The notes beneath the pieces were generated by a model. It made no database searches and was not told where the DNA came from. It saw only the letters and a program-made list of their open reading frames with translations. From positions 4,757 to 68,756 of IMG/VR virus record IMGVR_UViG_3300025156_000001: a DNA stretch of 64,000 bases. One strand, written 5' to 3'. Source of the DNA: a virus. The stretch's first letter is position 1. Each line of letters begins with the position of its first letter. Made by a program: the position numbers and the translations under genes. This document shows, in pieces, positions 47,501 to 57,693 of this stretch.

Positions 47501-48417
47501 CAGTAAGTAATGGGCCGGAACAAATAGGTGTATATATAGAGGAAGTGGTTACTGTTACATCTTCCACGCTAATATACACAACATATCCCATAAGCAAAAA
47601 CATATGTGGTGAGGCATATACATACGACCCAACTGGTAATTCTTATCTTAATGGCGGGATTACAAAGTTGATTAACGAGAGTGATAACGACACCGATTTA
47701 TACCCATTCATACAGTATGTTGCAATCACAGGGGACTACCAAATACAAATAGCATCGGGGCACATGACAACCGGGGATAATATACGTGTTGGGTACTACG
47801 CTTCTGGTACAGATACATATACAACTGGCTCCGATATCACACAGGTGACAGACCCAACAGCAACTTATGCAAATTCATATACAGCGAATAAGGAACTGAT
47901 GCAGTCATTGGCAAATATGATGGATATAAAATCACCGATACACTTGTTCAAGCTTGGGTACAGATACGCAGATAAAATGTTCTGGTCTAAATTTAGCAGT
48001 GATGATTTGAGTTCGTCGTTTACAAAAGAGGCCGAATACACGGTAGACACGGACACATTTGACTACTCTGTAGATATGAGCAAAATGTATCCATTTGTAG
48101 TAACAGAAGTGAGGGCGATATGTGACGATACGTCCTATAAGATACGGCCAGTCCTATCTATTGGTACCAGAAATACTAATGGCTCGCCTGGATATATATG
48201 TGAAGGTAGTAACGACTACATAGATGCAAGTTCTACAACATGTATATATAGAGGGTTATCTGGGACAAACCATATAATATCCATATATATAGGTAGGTAT
48301 GTAGCAGACGGAATACAGATATGGCTAGATTCTACGATTGCATCTGGGCACACATTGAGTGTCGAGGTGGCGGGATATTATAAACCACTTATTGGTTCAG
48401 CATCGGGGATGGTATAA
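47497..48417 (+). CDS. putative tail protein
   Basis: 306 aa Thr/Tyr-rich ORF, translationally coupled. Confidence 0.55.
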   Translation: MTVSNGPEQIGVYIEEVVTVTSSTLIYTTYPISKNICGEAYTYDPTGNSYLNGGITKLINESDNDTDLYPFIQYVAITGDYQIQIASGHMTTGDNIRVGYYASGTDTYTTGSDITQVTDPTATYANSYTANKELMQSLANMMDIKSPIHLFKLGYRYADKMFWSKFSSDDLSSSFTKEAEYTVDTDTFDYSVDMSKMYPFVVTEVRAICDDTSYKIRPVLSIGTRNTNGSPGYICEGSNDYIDASSTTCIYRGLSGTNHIISIYIGRYVADGIQIWLDSTIASGHTLSVEVAGYYKPLIGSASGMV

Positions 48418-49538
48418 TGGAATCTGATAACGACGTGACAACAAAGTCCACGATGGGCGGTGGAATACGACAAAGATTTAGACTTACTGCGGATTCATCC
48501 CCAAAAATTGAACTCCCCGCCGGTAGTAGTACAACTGGGGCGACTAGAATATTTACACCCACACATCCGTTCCTACTTATACCTGGGTTGGATTCTTCGG
48601 TGAGTATATATTATGGTGTTGAACGCGCCTTTAACGAAACTACGCAGATGGATGTAATATCCGCAATGACAAAGACTAGTAACCAGTATATATATTTCGA
48701 CCCGACATATGTAACAGATGGGGATATAATAGACCTAACAGTTTATACTAACTACCCACCCGTAAATACAGAAATGCCTATACAGAGAGAATGGATTGAA
48801 CAATTCTATAGACATGCTGGCTCAATGGATAGAATAGACTTTGGGAATTACACCCCACCATTTAAATGGGCGATGGACCAATCATCCTATTCCGACCTAA
48901 CATTCGCATTTCATCAAAGACTCTTCTACTCGTATCACGGTTGGGTTGCAGAGAAGTCGAGAGTTGAAGGCCAACTAGACAGTTGTTTCTCTATAACCCC
49001 ACAGAATGAGACGATACTTTCCTGGGATGCAACATCCAGCAAGAATATTGGGCAGTATATAGGGGATGCCGCACTAAATTCTGTGTACGGTGACAATGAT
49101 ATGTATACAGTGCAACCGATACCGTTCTATATTACTGGGTTTACATTCTACTGTAAGATGAAAAATACAAATTATGATATAGAGAAGGGGGCGGCTATAA
49201 AGCTAACGTTTGATATAGATGGGAATTCGTCTGCTATAGGCAGTAAGCCGGGATACAGGGATTCCGATGAAATTCTTATACAGGCAGAGAAATTTGGAGA
49301 CAATGACAACTTTATTATGTCGTTCTCATCCGTTATAGACTACTCATCATTAACACCAGCATATTCTCTAGGTGAATCCATAGGCGGTGAAGAATATGGT
49401 GTAGTTAACCGGAAGCTCGGTATAGTAAGGGCAAGTTCTATAAAGGTATCCGCCATGCTACTTGGGGATGACCCGGACTATAACGAAATAGATAAATGGT
49501 ATCTAACTATATCTGGATATATAACTATGGGGTATTGA
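48417..49538 (+). CDS. putative tail protein
   Basis: 373 aa; GDIIDLTVY and PFYIT motifs echo the neighbours (GDNIRVGYY/PFVVTEV, GDELKIYYY/PAYITEV). Confidence 0.55.
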   Translation: MESDNDVTTKSTMGGGIRQRFRLTADSSPKIELPAGSSTTGATRIFTPTHPFLLIPGLDSSVSIYYGVERAFNETTQMDVISAMTKTSNQYIYFDPTYVTDGDIIDLTVYTNYPPVNTEMPIQREWIEQFYRHAGSMDRIDFGNYTPPFKWAMDQSSYSDLTFAFHQRLFYSYHGWVAEKSRVEGQLDSCFSITPQNETILSWDATSSKNIGQYIGDAALNSVYGDNDMYTVQPIPFYITGFTFYCKMKNTNYDIEKGAAIKLTFDIDGNSSAIGSKPGYRDSDEILIQAEKFGDNDNFIMSFSSVIDYSSLTPAYSLGESIGGEEYGVVNRKLGIVRASSIKVSAMLLGDDPDYNEIDKWYLTISGYITMGY

Positions 49539-49539
49539 A

Positions 49540-50538
49540 ATGGCAGACTTTTATGCGTATGGGTCGGATAAGGAAGTAGATAATAGAGTTCTCATGGCAA
49601 TGGGAAATATGTCTATAGGTATACCTAGGATAGAAAAAAACTATGCAATATCAGATGATGTTATACACTTGAGGGGGCCAGCCATAGAGATAAATCACCC
49701 GGACGACTACAATAGTCTTAAATACAGAACTGGGCACGGCGCGGGGCCAACCTTTGAGGTGATGAAATATGGTGTTGCTGGTATATATAATGTATCAACA
49801 ACGTCATGGATTACATCGAGTATAGATGATGTAGATAGTTCTGGCACAACTATAAATATGGATAGCGGTGTTACGGCCGGTGATGAACTGAAGATTTACT
49901 ACTATGCGGGGGTTGCATTTAATGGTAGTAGATATATGGGTATACTGGAAGGGGATATGCTTCTACCGGAGACGATAGATATATTAACCAGGGTGTATAA
50001 TGATTCCGTTATATCTAGATTCGGCACACATAGTAACGACCAGGGGGATACGTACCAGTGGTATGCTGACGCAATGTATAACAGTAGTGTTAGCTGTACT
50101 GCCGATACATGGACAACGCTTTTTGATTATGGGTCTACCGGCTCATCCAGAATACACGGCCTCCCGGCCTATATAACAGAAGTAGCGGTAAATATCGGCC
50201 AGCCTTCGTCGATAAGTGCAATAAGGTTCAAGATAACACTCGACGGGAAAATAATAACTAGGGGTTTTGGCACGGATACAACTGTATTTTACGAAATCGA
50301 TGAAGCCTTATACGCAGAAAGTGGTGGGCCATATTCTAATACCCCGGGTATGATGAAGAATGGTAACGACGAGGCGATGTTCTTTGATATATATAAAGAT
50401 ATGAATGGTGATAAGATACTACTCTTCAACCTGGGTATGGCAGAAATGACAAGTTCGTTTAAGGTCGAGGTGCGCTCCGCGGCATATGCCATCACATGTG
50501 ATATAAACATAAGGGCGATAATAGATGCTACTGCATAA
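49540..50538 (+). CDS. putative tail protein
   Basis: 332 aa; last plus-strand gene, abutting the convergent methylase. Confidence 0.55.
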   Translation: MADFYAYGSDKEVDNRVLMAMGNMSIGIPRIEKNYAISDDVIHLRGPAIEINHPDDYNSLKYRTGHGAGPTFEVMKYGVAGIYNVSTTSWITSSIDDVDSSGTTINMDSGVTAGDELKIYYYAGVAFNGSRYMGILEGDMLLPETIDILTRVYNDSVISRFGTHSNDQGDTYQWYADAMYNSSVSCTADTWTTLFDYGSTGSSRIHGLPAYITEVAVNIGQPSSISAIRFKITLDGKIITRGFGTDTTVFYEIDEALYAESGGPYSNTPGMMKNGNDEAMFFDIYKDMNGDKILLFNLGMAEMTSSFKVEVRSAAYAITCDINIRAIIDATA

Positions 50539-51510
50539 TTACAACCCCAAATATTCATCAATAAGTGTATTATAGTCACCACACAAATCGAACCCGAGCC
50601 CAATCTTACCCTGGCTATTCGCTACCTTTATTGTCGTGCCTCTACCCAAGAATGGGTCAAACACAATACCGCCTGGTTTGCAACAAGCGTCTATCGGCAC
50701 AGAAATCAACTCTTCCGGGTATACAGCATAGTGCCCCCCTTTAAATGATGCCGGGTTTATTTCCCATACAGTCCTCATATTCCTGGTGCCATCAGAGCCT
50801 TTCTCTATCATACGTCTTTTGATACCCGACGGGTCCTCCGCTTTTGCGCCCCCATACTCCTTTACGGCTTTACCGTTATACTTCCTCTCTATCCACCATT
50901 TGCTTTTTGCTGGTTCTTTCTGTTGTTTGAAGTAATAGTGTGGGTTTTTTGTAAAGAAGAACAAATATTCAAAGTCCACAGTAAATCTATCTTTTGCACT
51001 AGATGGTTTACAACTAGGTTTCTTCCATATTATCGTATTACGAAGTATCCACCCACTGTCTATCATAGCAGTAGCAAATCTAAACGGTATACCCAACATC
51101 GTCTTATTTGGGTAACCTTTCGCCCTGGTTGGATTGCTCTGTGCACCACTATATTCTCCTTTACCAAATTGCGTGTGTCTTTCCCTGCCTTCTTTTGTTG
51201 AGCCGGCGCCACCACTGCCATTGTATGTATCTCCAATATTAACCCACAGAGCGCCACCATCTTTGAGTTTCTGTCTATATATTCCTGTAAACCCAGTTAC
51301 TAGACGGTGTATATATGTCATGAAGGTTTCTTCAGACCCCATCTCCCTACTATCATCTACATAATTTCGTAAACTCCAATAAGGGGGTGAAGTTATTATC
51401 ATATCCAAACTCCTATCTGGTATGGTCTGGGTCATTGGCCCAACCCAATCACCATTGATATATGGCTTCGTGCTTGCCCACCACTCAGGTATCTGTAGTA
51501 TTCCAGTCAT
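50539..51510 (-). CDS. DNA amino-methyltransferase (N4-C/N6-A, beta class)
   Basis: TSPPYW catalytic motif before the DPFLGRGTT SAM-binding motif; HYAVYP. Confidence 0.93.
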   Translation of the reverse strand: MTGILQIPEWWASTKPYINGDWVGPMTQTIPDRSLDMIITSPPYWSLRNYVDDSREMGSEETFMTYIHRLVTGFTGIYRQKLKDGGALWVNIGDTYNGSGGAGSTKEGRERHTQFGKGEYSGAQSNPTRAKGYPNKTMLGIPFRFATAMIDSGWILRNTIIWKKPSCKPSSAKDRFTVDFEYLFFFTKNPHYYFKQQKEPAKSKWWIERKYNGKAVKEYGGAKAEDPSGIKRRMIEKGSDGTRNMRTVWEINPASFKGGHYAVYPEELISVPIDACCKPGGIVFDPFLGRGTTIKVANSQGKIGLGFDLCGDYNTLIDEYLGL

Positions 51511-51930
51511 TTACTCCACATCCGATTTAAGTTCCCAATCATCATAATCACACGCGTGTTCCAATAGGAATGCGAATAGTCTACTATGCATCATTAATAT
51601 TGTAAAGTTAGAAAGTATGTCATGGTCTTCAACTATATCGTGTATATCACTAACCGATAAGTCTGATACCTTTTTGTCTATATACTGACGTTCCTTTTCA
51701 CCATCACAATATTCATATACATCATCAAATATCTTCTTATAATCATCCATCATATACATAGAAATATTTCTACCGACATATATCTTTTTATCCCCGTTTA
51801 CCATATAGTAGTCTACGCCCATACTATCACCTAGCATTATTTGGTTTATACTTTTTACATATCCCAGTTGGTTGGACACATGGGAAACGATATTCGGATT
51901 CGGTATAACTACAAGAATATATTCTACCAT
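51511..51930 (-). CDS. hypothetical protein
   Basis: True start probably MGVDYY after AGGTGA. Confidence 0.6.
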   Translation of the reverse strand: MVEYILVVIPNPNIVSHVSNQLGYVKSINQIMLGDSMGVDYYMVNGDKKIYVGRNISMYMMDDYKKIFDDVYEYCDGEKERQYIDKKVSDLSVSDIHDIVEDHDILSNFTILMMHSRLFAFLLEHACDYDDWELKSDVE

Positions 51931-52102
51931 GCCTACGATAATATTTACAAGTGAAACAACATTTCAATCCCAATCTATCCGCATAATCGTTCTCTGTAAG
52001 GAACTTCTCCATTTCTTTTCGTTCTTTCTTTTCTTGTTCTGTTATATATGCTTCCCACATATTACCCACCCCCACAATACGGGCACGGCGCAGATGTGCC
52101 AT
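51827..52102 (-). CDS. Cys-rich hypothetical protein
   Basis: CCFTCKYY...C...C...C; true start probably MWEAY at 52060. Confidence 0.6.
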   Translation of the reverse strand: MAHLRRARIVGVGNMWEAYITEQEKKERKEMEKFLTENDYADRLGLKCCFTCKYYRRHGRIYSCSYTESEYRFPCVQPTGICKKYKPNNAR

Positions 52103-52160
52103 CTACCCTCTTAACGTATTTCTTTCCTTCACAGTACCAGCATACTTTGTTGTAGTTCAT
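52062..52160 (-). CDS. 32 aa zinc-finger microprotein (not in ORF track)
   Basis: MNYNKVCWYCEGKKYVKRVDGTSAPCPYCGGG; GGTG SD. Confidence 0.6.
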   Translation of the reverse strand: MNYNKVCWYCEGKKYVKRVDGTSAPCPYCGGG

Positions 52161-52181
52161 ATTAACACCACACTATACATA

Positions 52182-52334
52182 TTAAAACTCCTCTGGGGGT
52201 TGTTCTGTATATTCATCCAATTCAACACTTGTGTCCTGTTTTACTCTACATTGATAACACACCCATCTATTACCAACCCAATATCCCCAACTTGAATACT
52301 TACCACACCATTGACACCTTCTTGATTTGCCCAT
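52182..52334 (-). CDS. 50 aa zinc-finger microprotein (not in ORF track)
   Basis: MGKSRRCQWCG...WVCYQC...; AGGTG SD. Confidence 0.65.
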   Translation of the reverse strand: MGKSRRCQWCGKYSSWGYWVGNRWVCYQCRVKQDTSVELDEYTEQPPEEF

Positions 52335-52612
52335 ATTAACACCTACAGTATATTTCTAACTATATCATTAACTACGTCCCCTTCTACAGTATCTATATCT
52401 GATGGCTCGACTACTATATCATCCTTATACAGTTTGTATCCAAGTCTATATAAAGAGTTAAATACAAACATTGTTATAAGCGATATATCACTAATAGGCA
52501 ACACTTTATCATAGTCCATATTACTTCCTCCTATATTTACATTCTATTGAATCAAGTGTGCATGTACCATGTCTATAGTACTTACAATCCTCGGCTCCAA
52601 GTCCACATATTC

Positions 52613-53689
52613 TCATAATATCTCCTTCCATACATTATCATACTCTATTGGTGGTTCCCAAAAAGTGCCCGGTATTGGCACCCTTTCTTCTACGCCATCG
52701 AATTCATCTTCTGCTATTACCCCTTTAATCCAGTTATGCGTATACCTTATATTGTACATGGTTTCCCTACTGTTTGGGTTATAGTCTTCCCACTTAACGT
52801 TTGCGGTTAGCCACTTATGTATCTCTTCCGGGTCCATTGCATAATAATATGATAAATATGATACAAGATGTACCTTAAGCATATGCTTTACATCTATATC
52901 CATATTACATATAACCTTAAGTTGCGGGGGCAAAAGCCTATACCATCTATCTCCTTTCTTTGACCATTTTAATGATGATATCTGACTTGGCGTTAAACTC
53001 ATAAGCTCCATAGAGGTCTTTTCGAACTCCAGTTTGTCATCGTATGTATCTAGATTTATATCTTTATACTCATATGCATCAAACGTGTAATCCGGTATAT
53101 CCTCTAATAATAGCATCCTCCTATTTACTATATTTATTGTATCGCCGTAGTTTATAGGCACCGCAAATTTCCTACTGCCCATATGAATAGATAGCCCTCT
53201 AACAAGTCTACCCCTTTCATACATATGCATGTCTACAAATGGCCTTGTCTCAGCCCTACCTATATTAACGTTAGTTAATTTTGCGGTATTATATATAGTA
53301 AATGCTATGTTTTTCATCGTCTGTAATATTCTGTTTTCACCCCATGTACCCGGGAACTTCATTGGCAGTATTATATGTGTTCCAGATTTACCGGATGCTT
53401 TCATCAATGGATACACACCAAGAAGTTCGTACGTTGCGTTGTAGAGTTTGTACGTATTCAGTAGTATACTGGTGTCTATGCCATTACCGTCCAAATCCAT
53501 AACAAACATATACTTATTCTTCTCCTTATATTTAATACTTCGTGCCCAACCAACATTGTCTATACCCCATCCTCTGAAGTTTTTCTTACTCCACACACCA
53601 TTGTCGACTTCCCATCTGAGTTCATTTGCCCCATAGCAAAATTCCAGATTGAGTTTCTCTAGTGCTTTAAGTCTGGGATTTATAATCAA
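52613..53689 (-). CDS. archaeo-eukaryotic primase (AEP) with C-terminal PriL/PriX-like helical domain
   Basis: FVMDLDG (motif I), SGKSGTH (motif II), VD (motif III); C-terminal EEI..W...W.DYN..ET.YNI. Confidence 0.75.
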   Translation of the reverse strand: MIINPRLKALEKLNLEFCYGANELRWEVDNGVWSKKNFRGWGIDNVGWARSIKYKEKNKYMFVMDLDGNGIDTSILLNTYKLYNATYELLGVYPLMKASGKSGTHIILPMKFPGTWGENRILQTMKNIAFTIYNTAKLTNVNIGRAETRPFVDMHMYERGRLVRGLSIHMGSRKFAVPINYGDTINIVNRRMLLLEDIPDYTFDAYEYKDINLDTYDDKLEFEKTSMELMSLTPSQISSLKWSKKGDRWYRLLPPQLKVICNMDIDVKHMLKVHLVSYLSYYYAMDPEEIHKWLTANVKWEDYNPNSRETMYNIRYTHNWIKGVIAEDEFDGVEERVPIPGTFWEPPIEYDNVWKEIL

Positions 53690-53841
53690 TGTATCACTTC
53701 ACAAATAAATCTAGTTTAGTATCTTCTTTATCAGGTTCTGCCTTATGTTTATATCCTACACCCATATAGCAATCCAAACACAATCCACCCTCCCATAGAT
53801 GCTCTGTATATCTTTTACATCGTCTACATTCCGCCATGTTA

Positions 53842-54027
53842 TCACCTACCGTATAATTTCCTTGCGCCCTCATGACTTCTCGGTGTATACCATGCGTCTT
53901 CTACCCAGTATACAGCAGTCTCTGTGTGTATACCATTGTCATATTCCGTCTCCTCTGTCCTGGAAGACCACGTCTTTCCAGTAATTACATCCCATGCTAT
54001 AGATATTCTTTTCCATATAGACATCAT
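53842..54027 (-). CDS. hypothetical protein
   Basis: 61 aa ORF with GGGTGA SD. Confidence 0.55.
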   Translation of the reverse strand: MMSIWKRISIAWDVITGKTWSSRTEETEYDNGIHTETAVYWVEDAWYTPRSHEGARKLYGR

Positions 54028-54032
54028 TTAAA

Positions 54033-54536
54033 TCACCCAAATAGTTTTATCCACGGCCAACTCTTTATATCGGCTTTAGTTGGTTTCTTAAATATCGCCC
54101 TGATAAATCTCTTTAACGGCATAGCTTCAGCCCAATTATAATCTATATATACTCCACCTTTATTTCCTGTTTCCTTTATCACTTCTGTGCATGGTATTAC
54201 TCTCCACCTATCCACCAAGTCGGTTTTATCGCCTTTCCTCTTATACCTTAATGCATAAAATGTAAGGACATTCCATTTGTTATATATATCCATATACCTA
54301 TTAAACTGCTCAATAACCTGCTCTTTATAGTTACGTCTTATTTGTGTAAACGATTTGCATTCTATAGGTATAAACTTGTTCCAGTGTTCTATCCTTACAT
54401 TTTTACTTACTATCAAGTTATCCCACCCTGGAGTTGTACCACCTATATGCCATACTAGAATGTTCTCATCCGTATGTTCTATTATACGCTTGAATTCCCA
54501 TTCATAACCTACGCCCATTCTCTTCGACACTCGCAT
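54033..54536 (-). CDS. hjc: Holliday junction resolvase, archaeal Hjc-like
   Basis: G..YE.E, WD and IECKS PD-(D/E)xK motifs; adjacent to polB. Confidence 0.75.
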   Translation of the reverse strand: MRVSKRMGVGYEWEFKRIIEHTDENILVWHIGGTTPGWDNLIVSKNVRIEHWNKFIPIECKSFTQIRRNYKEQVIEQFNRYMDIYNKWNVLTFYALRYKRKGDKTDLVDRWRVIPCTEVIKETGNKGGVYIDYNWAEAMPLKRFIRAIFKKPTKADIKSWPWIKLFG

Positions 54537-54691
54537 TAGAAACCCCCAATGGGCATATTACGAAGTCTGAGCGAACTCAATTCACCCTCCAATTTTTTTA
54601 TGTTTGCTTCTATGGTTGCTATTCTAGCCTTTATTTGCTGTATCTCATAGTTGTTGTTCTCTATCAAGTTTACTATGTATTCTTCATTCAT
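54536..54691 (-). CDS. 51 aa coiled-coil protein (not in ORF track)
   Basis: MNEEYIVNLIENNNYEIQQIKARIATIEANIKKLEGEL...; GGTGA SD; stop overlaps the hjc start. Confidence 0.6.
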   Translation of the reverse strand: MNEEYIVNLIENNNYEIQQIKARIATIEANIKKLEGELSSLRLRNMPIGGF

Positions 54692-57055
54692 CTAATCACC
54701 ACCAAAACCTAAATCTTCAAATGTATACTGAAATTTACCAGTCTTTATATCTACTCTATCGAAGCCAAATACCTCTGCTATCGGCTCTATACTATCTAGT
54801 ATTCTGTTTATATAATACTTTCTATATGGTCTAGGTAATTCTCTCCCCTCTATTACGGGTTCCACTATCTGTTTACCTGAATTATCCACCCCAGTCACAA
54901 TCCATGACACACGCATATTGTTGAAGAACGGAACACCTTCTCTAATTAGTTTCTTTGCCGCGGACACATGTGGTATCTTGTCGTTTTTGTATGAGTTTAT
55001 ATCGCCTACTGTCTTAGTCAATACCAATTTTTTGGTATCCATACCGTATGTTAAGTAGTCCCTCATGTCCTTCGAGAACTGGGTGAAGTACTCCTTCGGG
55101 GATACGTCACTAACTATTGCCTCTATGGTTCTATTGAGTATATCCCTCTGTAATTCAAATGAGTCCTTTCTTCTTATTGCAAAGCCCCTTATCTTCATTT
55201 CCTGTTTCGGCCATATGGCTTTACCAAAATACATTGTCTTTGCACCATAAGTAAAGAACCTACTGAATATCTGTTCGAGTTGAAGCTTGGAGTAACCCTC
55301 TGTACATTTCTCCGATATATAGTTCCCTATTTCTATCAATTCCTCCAGTGATTTATCCTCTCCGCCCAATACAAATACTGAATCCGTATGGGAGTGCAAT
55401 ACGAAATAACCCAGTTCATCCTGAATCATATTTATAGAGTTTATTATTGTATTCCTAGCCGTTGTTGTAGTACTTTCAGCAATACCTATGTTAGTAAACC
55501 TATAGAAATCACTACCAAACACACCGTATAAAGCATTCATTAGAACCTTAAGAGCGTCCTGTAGTCTATTATAGTATTCATTACCAGTCTCTTTCAACTT
55601 CCTCTTCGCCTTATCTCTTTCATCCATAAGTCCGATAAGGACATTTGGTATTATACCAACCTTTTTCTCTCTCTTTATGAAATAATGTTTACCACCGGGT
55701 GTATCTATCTCCTCCGTATCCCTCTCCTTATATGACCTATATGTAGTATAACATATATTATTCTTTATAATCATACTCGGATACATAGACTTGAAGTCCA
55801 ACACTATTACATTGTGGAATAAACCCGCCGGTGGTTCCATTACATATGCGCCAGTATATCTTTTCTTCTTCTTGTTGTCTTTCTTTGTGAATTTGTGCAT
55901 TGGTATAAGATAACTATTTTTTTCAAACTCTCTTATCAAGATAGAATCTATAAGTCTGGAATCACTATACGTTATTGTCTCAGAGAGCGGTAACATACTA
56001 ACCTTCGACAGTGCTATAGCGGAGTCTATAAATCTAAGCGAGTCATGCATAAAGATATTATAGGTTACTTTACAATCCTGTATACAGTAGTCCTTTATAT
56101 CTTCTTTTCGTTCAACCCACAACTCATCCATCTTACTTGCATCTATACCCTCCACTTTACCCTCTAACCCCATCTGTTTTGCTACATCGTCTAATCTCTC
56201 CGATACAGGTTTTAATGTTCTACGTATCCTTTTCATCAAATCTACAGATGCTCTACCTGGGATATTAAGCCTCATAACACCCTCTTTATTACTATATATT
56301 ACCTTCTTGTTCCCCCTACCTATAGTCATATCAACCCCAAATTCTTCCGCTTTGTCCATTATTATAGGCCAATCAAACCCATCTATATTATACCCAACCA
56401 TTATATCTGGGTCCTCTCTATTTACAGTCTCTATAAATTTGCGCAGTATATATTCCTCATCTCCACTCATCTTATACGTATTGGGCCTAGTCCCATCGAT
56501 ATTTGTTACATATACACCAATCATAAACAATGTACCTTTCATCGGAGAAGTTTCTATATCGAAACTCATCACCCTGAGGTTCGGCTTGAACGCCTTACAG
56601 TCCTTATAAGACTTCACCGATATGGTATCATTGCCCATATATTTGCCCTCGGCCTCCACGAAAGCACCTATATTCTTACTGTATATATACCTAAGTGGAT
56701 AAAGTATGTCTGCGGAAAAGAGTCTTTTCCGGTGCGAGTAAGCCCACTTTTTTAGGGTGTAGACTGCTGTAGGGAATAGCAGATTTAGGCGGCAGACTGA
56801 AATGTTTCGCCCATAATCATCTATACCGGTTGTATATTCATAGGATTTCAGGAGTTTTCTACCATAGTCGTCCTCGATTTTCTGTAGCATTTTAAGGTCA
56901 AACTTGCTCACATTTTCGATATATATAAATGGGTCGAACTTGTCCTCTATCCTAACAACATTACCTTTGTCACTCCTACCATAAAAGACGGCGGTTGTGC
57001 CGTCTTCGTCTATATCATATCCGCCATGTATAAGGAACAGTTTGGACTTAACCAT
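54692..57055 (-). CDS. polB: family B DNA polymerase (archaeal type)
   Basis: Exo FDIET, GYNIDGFDW, YCIQD; polymerase DFKSMYPS, QDALKVLMNALYG, variant motif C HSHTDS. Confidence 0.97.
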   Translation of the reverse strand: MVKSKLFLIHGGYDIDEDGTTAVFYGRSDKGNVVRIEDKFDPFIYIENVSKFDLKMLQKIEDDYGRKLLKSYEYTTGIDDYGRNISVCRLNLLFPTAVYTLKKWAYSHRKRLFSADILYPLRYIYSKNIGAFVEAEGKYMGNDTISVKSYKDCKAFKPNLRVMSFDIETSPMKGTLFMIGVYVTNIDGTRPNTYKMSGDEEYILRKFIETVNREDPDIMVGYNIDGFDWPIIMDKAEEFGVDMTIGRGNKKVIYSNKEGVMRLNIPGRASVDLMKRIRRTLKPVSERLDDVAKQMGLEGKVEGIDASKMDELWVERKEDIKDYCIQDCKVTYNIFMHDSLRFIDSAIALSKVSMLPLSETITYSDSRLIDSILIREFEKNSYLIPMHKFTKKDNKKKKRYTGAYVMEPPAGLFHNVIVLDFKSMYPSMIIKNNICYTTYRSYKERDTEEIDTPGGKHYFIKREKKVGIIPNVLIGLMDERDKAKRKLKETGNEYYNRLQDALKVLMNALYGVFGSDFYRFTNIGIAESTTTTARNTIINSINMIQDELGYFVLHSHTDSVFVLGGEDKSLEELIEIGNYISEKCTEGYSKLQLEQIFSRFFTYGAKTMYFGKAIWPKQEMKIRGFAIRRKDSFELQRDILNRTIEAIVSDVSPKEYFTQFSKDMRDYLTYGMDTKKLVLTKTVGDINSYKNDKIPHVSAAKKLIREGVPFFNNMRVSWIVTGVDNSGKQIVEPVIEGRELPRPYRKYYINRILDSIEPIAEVFGFDRVDIKTGKFQYTFEDLGFGGD

Positions 57056-57066
57056 ATTAACACACC

Positions 57067-57693
57067 CTACTGGTAAAGCACACTTTCATCTTTACTGTCC
57101 AGTGGTTTTACCTCTACCCTCTCCCCTTCCTCATTTATATATGTTGTAAGCTCGTTCGTATCTATGTTATGTTCCTCCTTTGTCGTGGCGACGCGTACTA
57201 TATCGTCCATACGAGTCCTCAATTCATCTGCGTCAACAAATTCTACATACAAATCGAATTCCACTAGATTTGTCGGGTATGTGCAGAATTCACTCGGCGA
57301 GCCATTATTTATATATATCATCTTACCTTCCATTAGGTCCCTTATGGTATAGTGCTCACCCCTATTGGAGATTTCAGTTATTACGAAGTTATCATAGCCC
57401 CTAGTAACGAGTTCATCTATATGCTTGACAACCGCGCCCATCCAAAAATCGTCTCCGAGTATAGTCATAGAATTTCTTATGGACTTAACGAAAAAATCAT
57501 TCCTTATTACAGGTGCCTCTTTTACCATTTCCTTAATCAATCTAATTATTACAGCCTTTACTATATCGCTTATCTTCACTATTACCCAATTGGTTTTATC
57601 TTTTGACGCATTTATAACGAACTCCCTCGCGAATGTATCAATGGCCTTATTATCGGAGCCCGTGACTCCTATAAAATGGGCCATCGAAATCAC
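57067..57693 (-). CDS. degenerate deoxynucleoside monophosphate kinase-like protein
   Basis: IGVTG.....DTFA, DDFW, FVITE...E layout of phage dNMP kinases but lacking the GK of the P-loop. Confidence 0.5.
   Translation of the reverse strand: MISMAHFIGVTGSDNKAIDTFAREFVINASKDKTNWVIVKISDIVKAVIIRLIKEMVKEAPVIRNDFFVKSIRNSMTILGDDFWMGAVVKHIDELVTRGYDNFVITEISNRGEHYTIRDLMEGKMIYINNGSPSEFCTYPTNLVEFDLYVEFVDADELRTRMDDIVRVATTKEEHNIDTNELTTYINEEGERVEVKPLDSKDESVLYQ

Noticed and set aside
44465-50538. Diversity-generating retroelement targeting tail genes
   Set aside because: No reverse transcriptase and no adenine-specific template/variable repeat pair seen in the window.
52062-52160. C-terminal GGG of a microprotein as a ubiquitin/SAMP-like tag
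   Set aside because: The glycines belong to a CPxCxG zinc-finger motif; the 32 aa peptide cannot form a beta-grasp fold and lies far from the ligase cluster.
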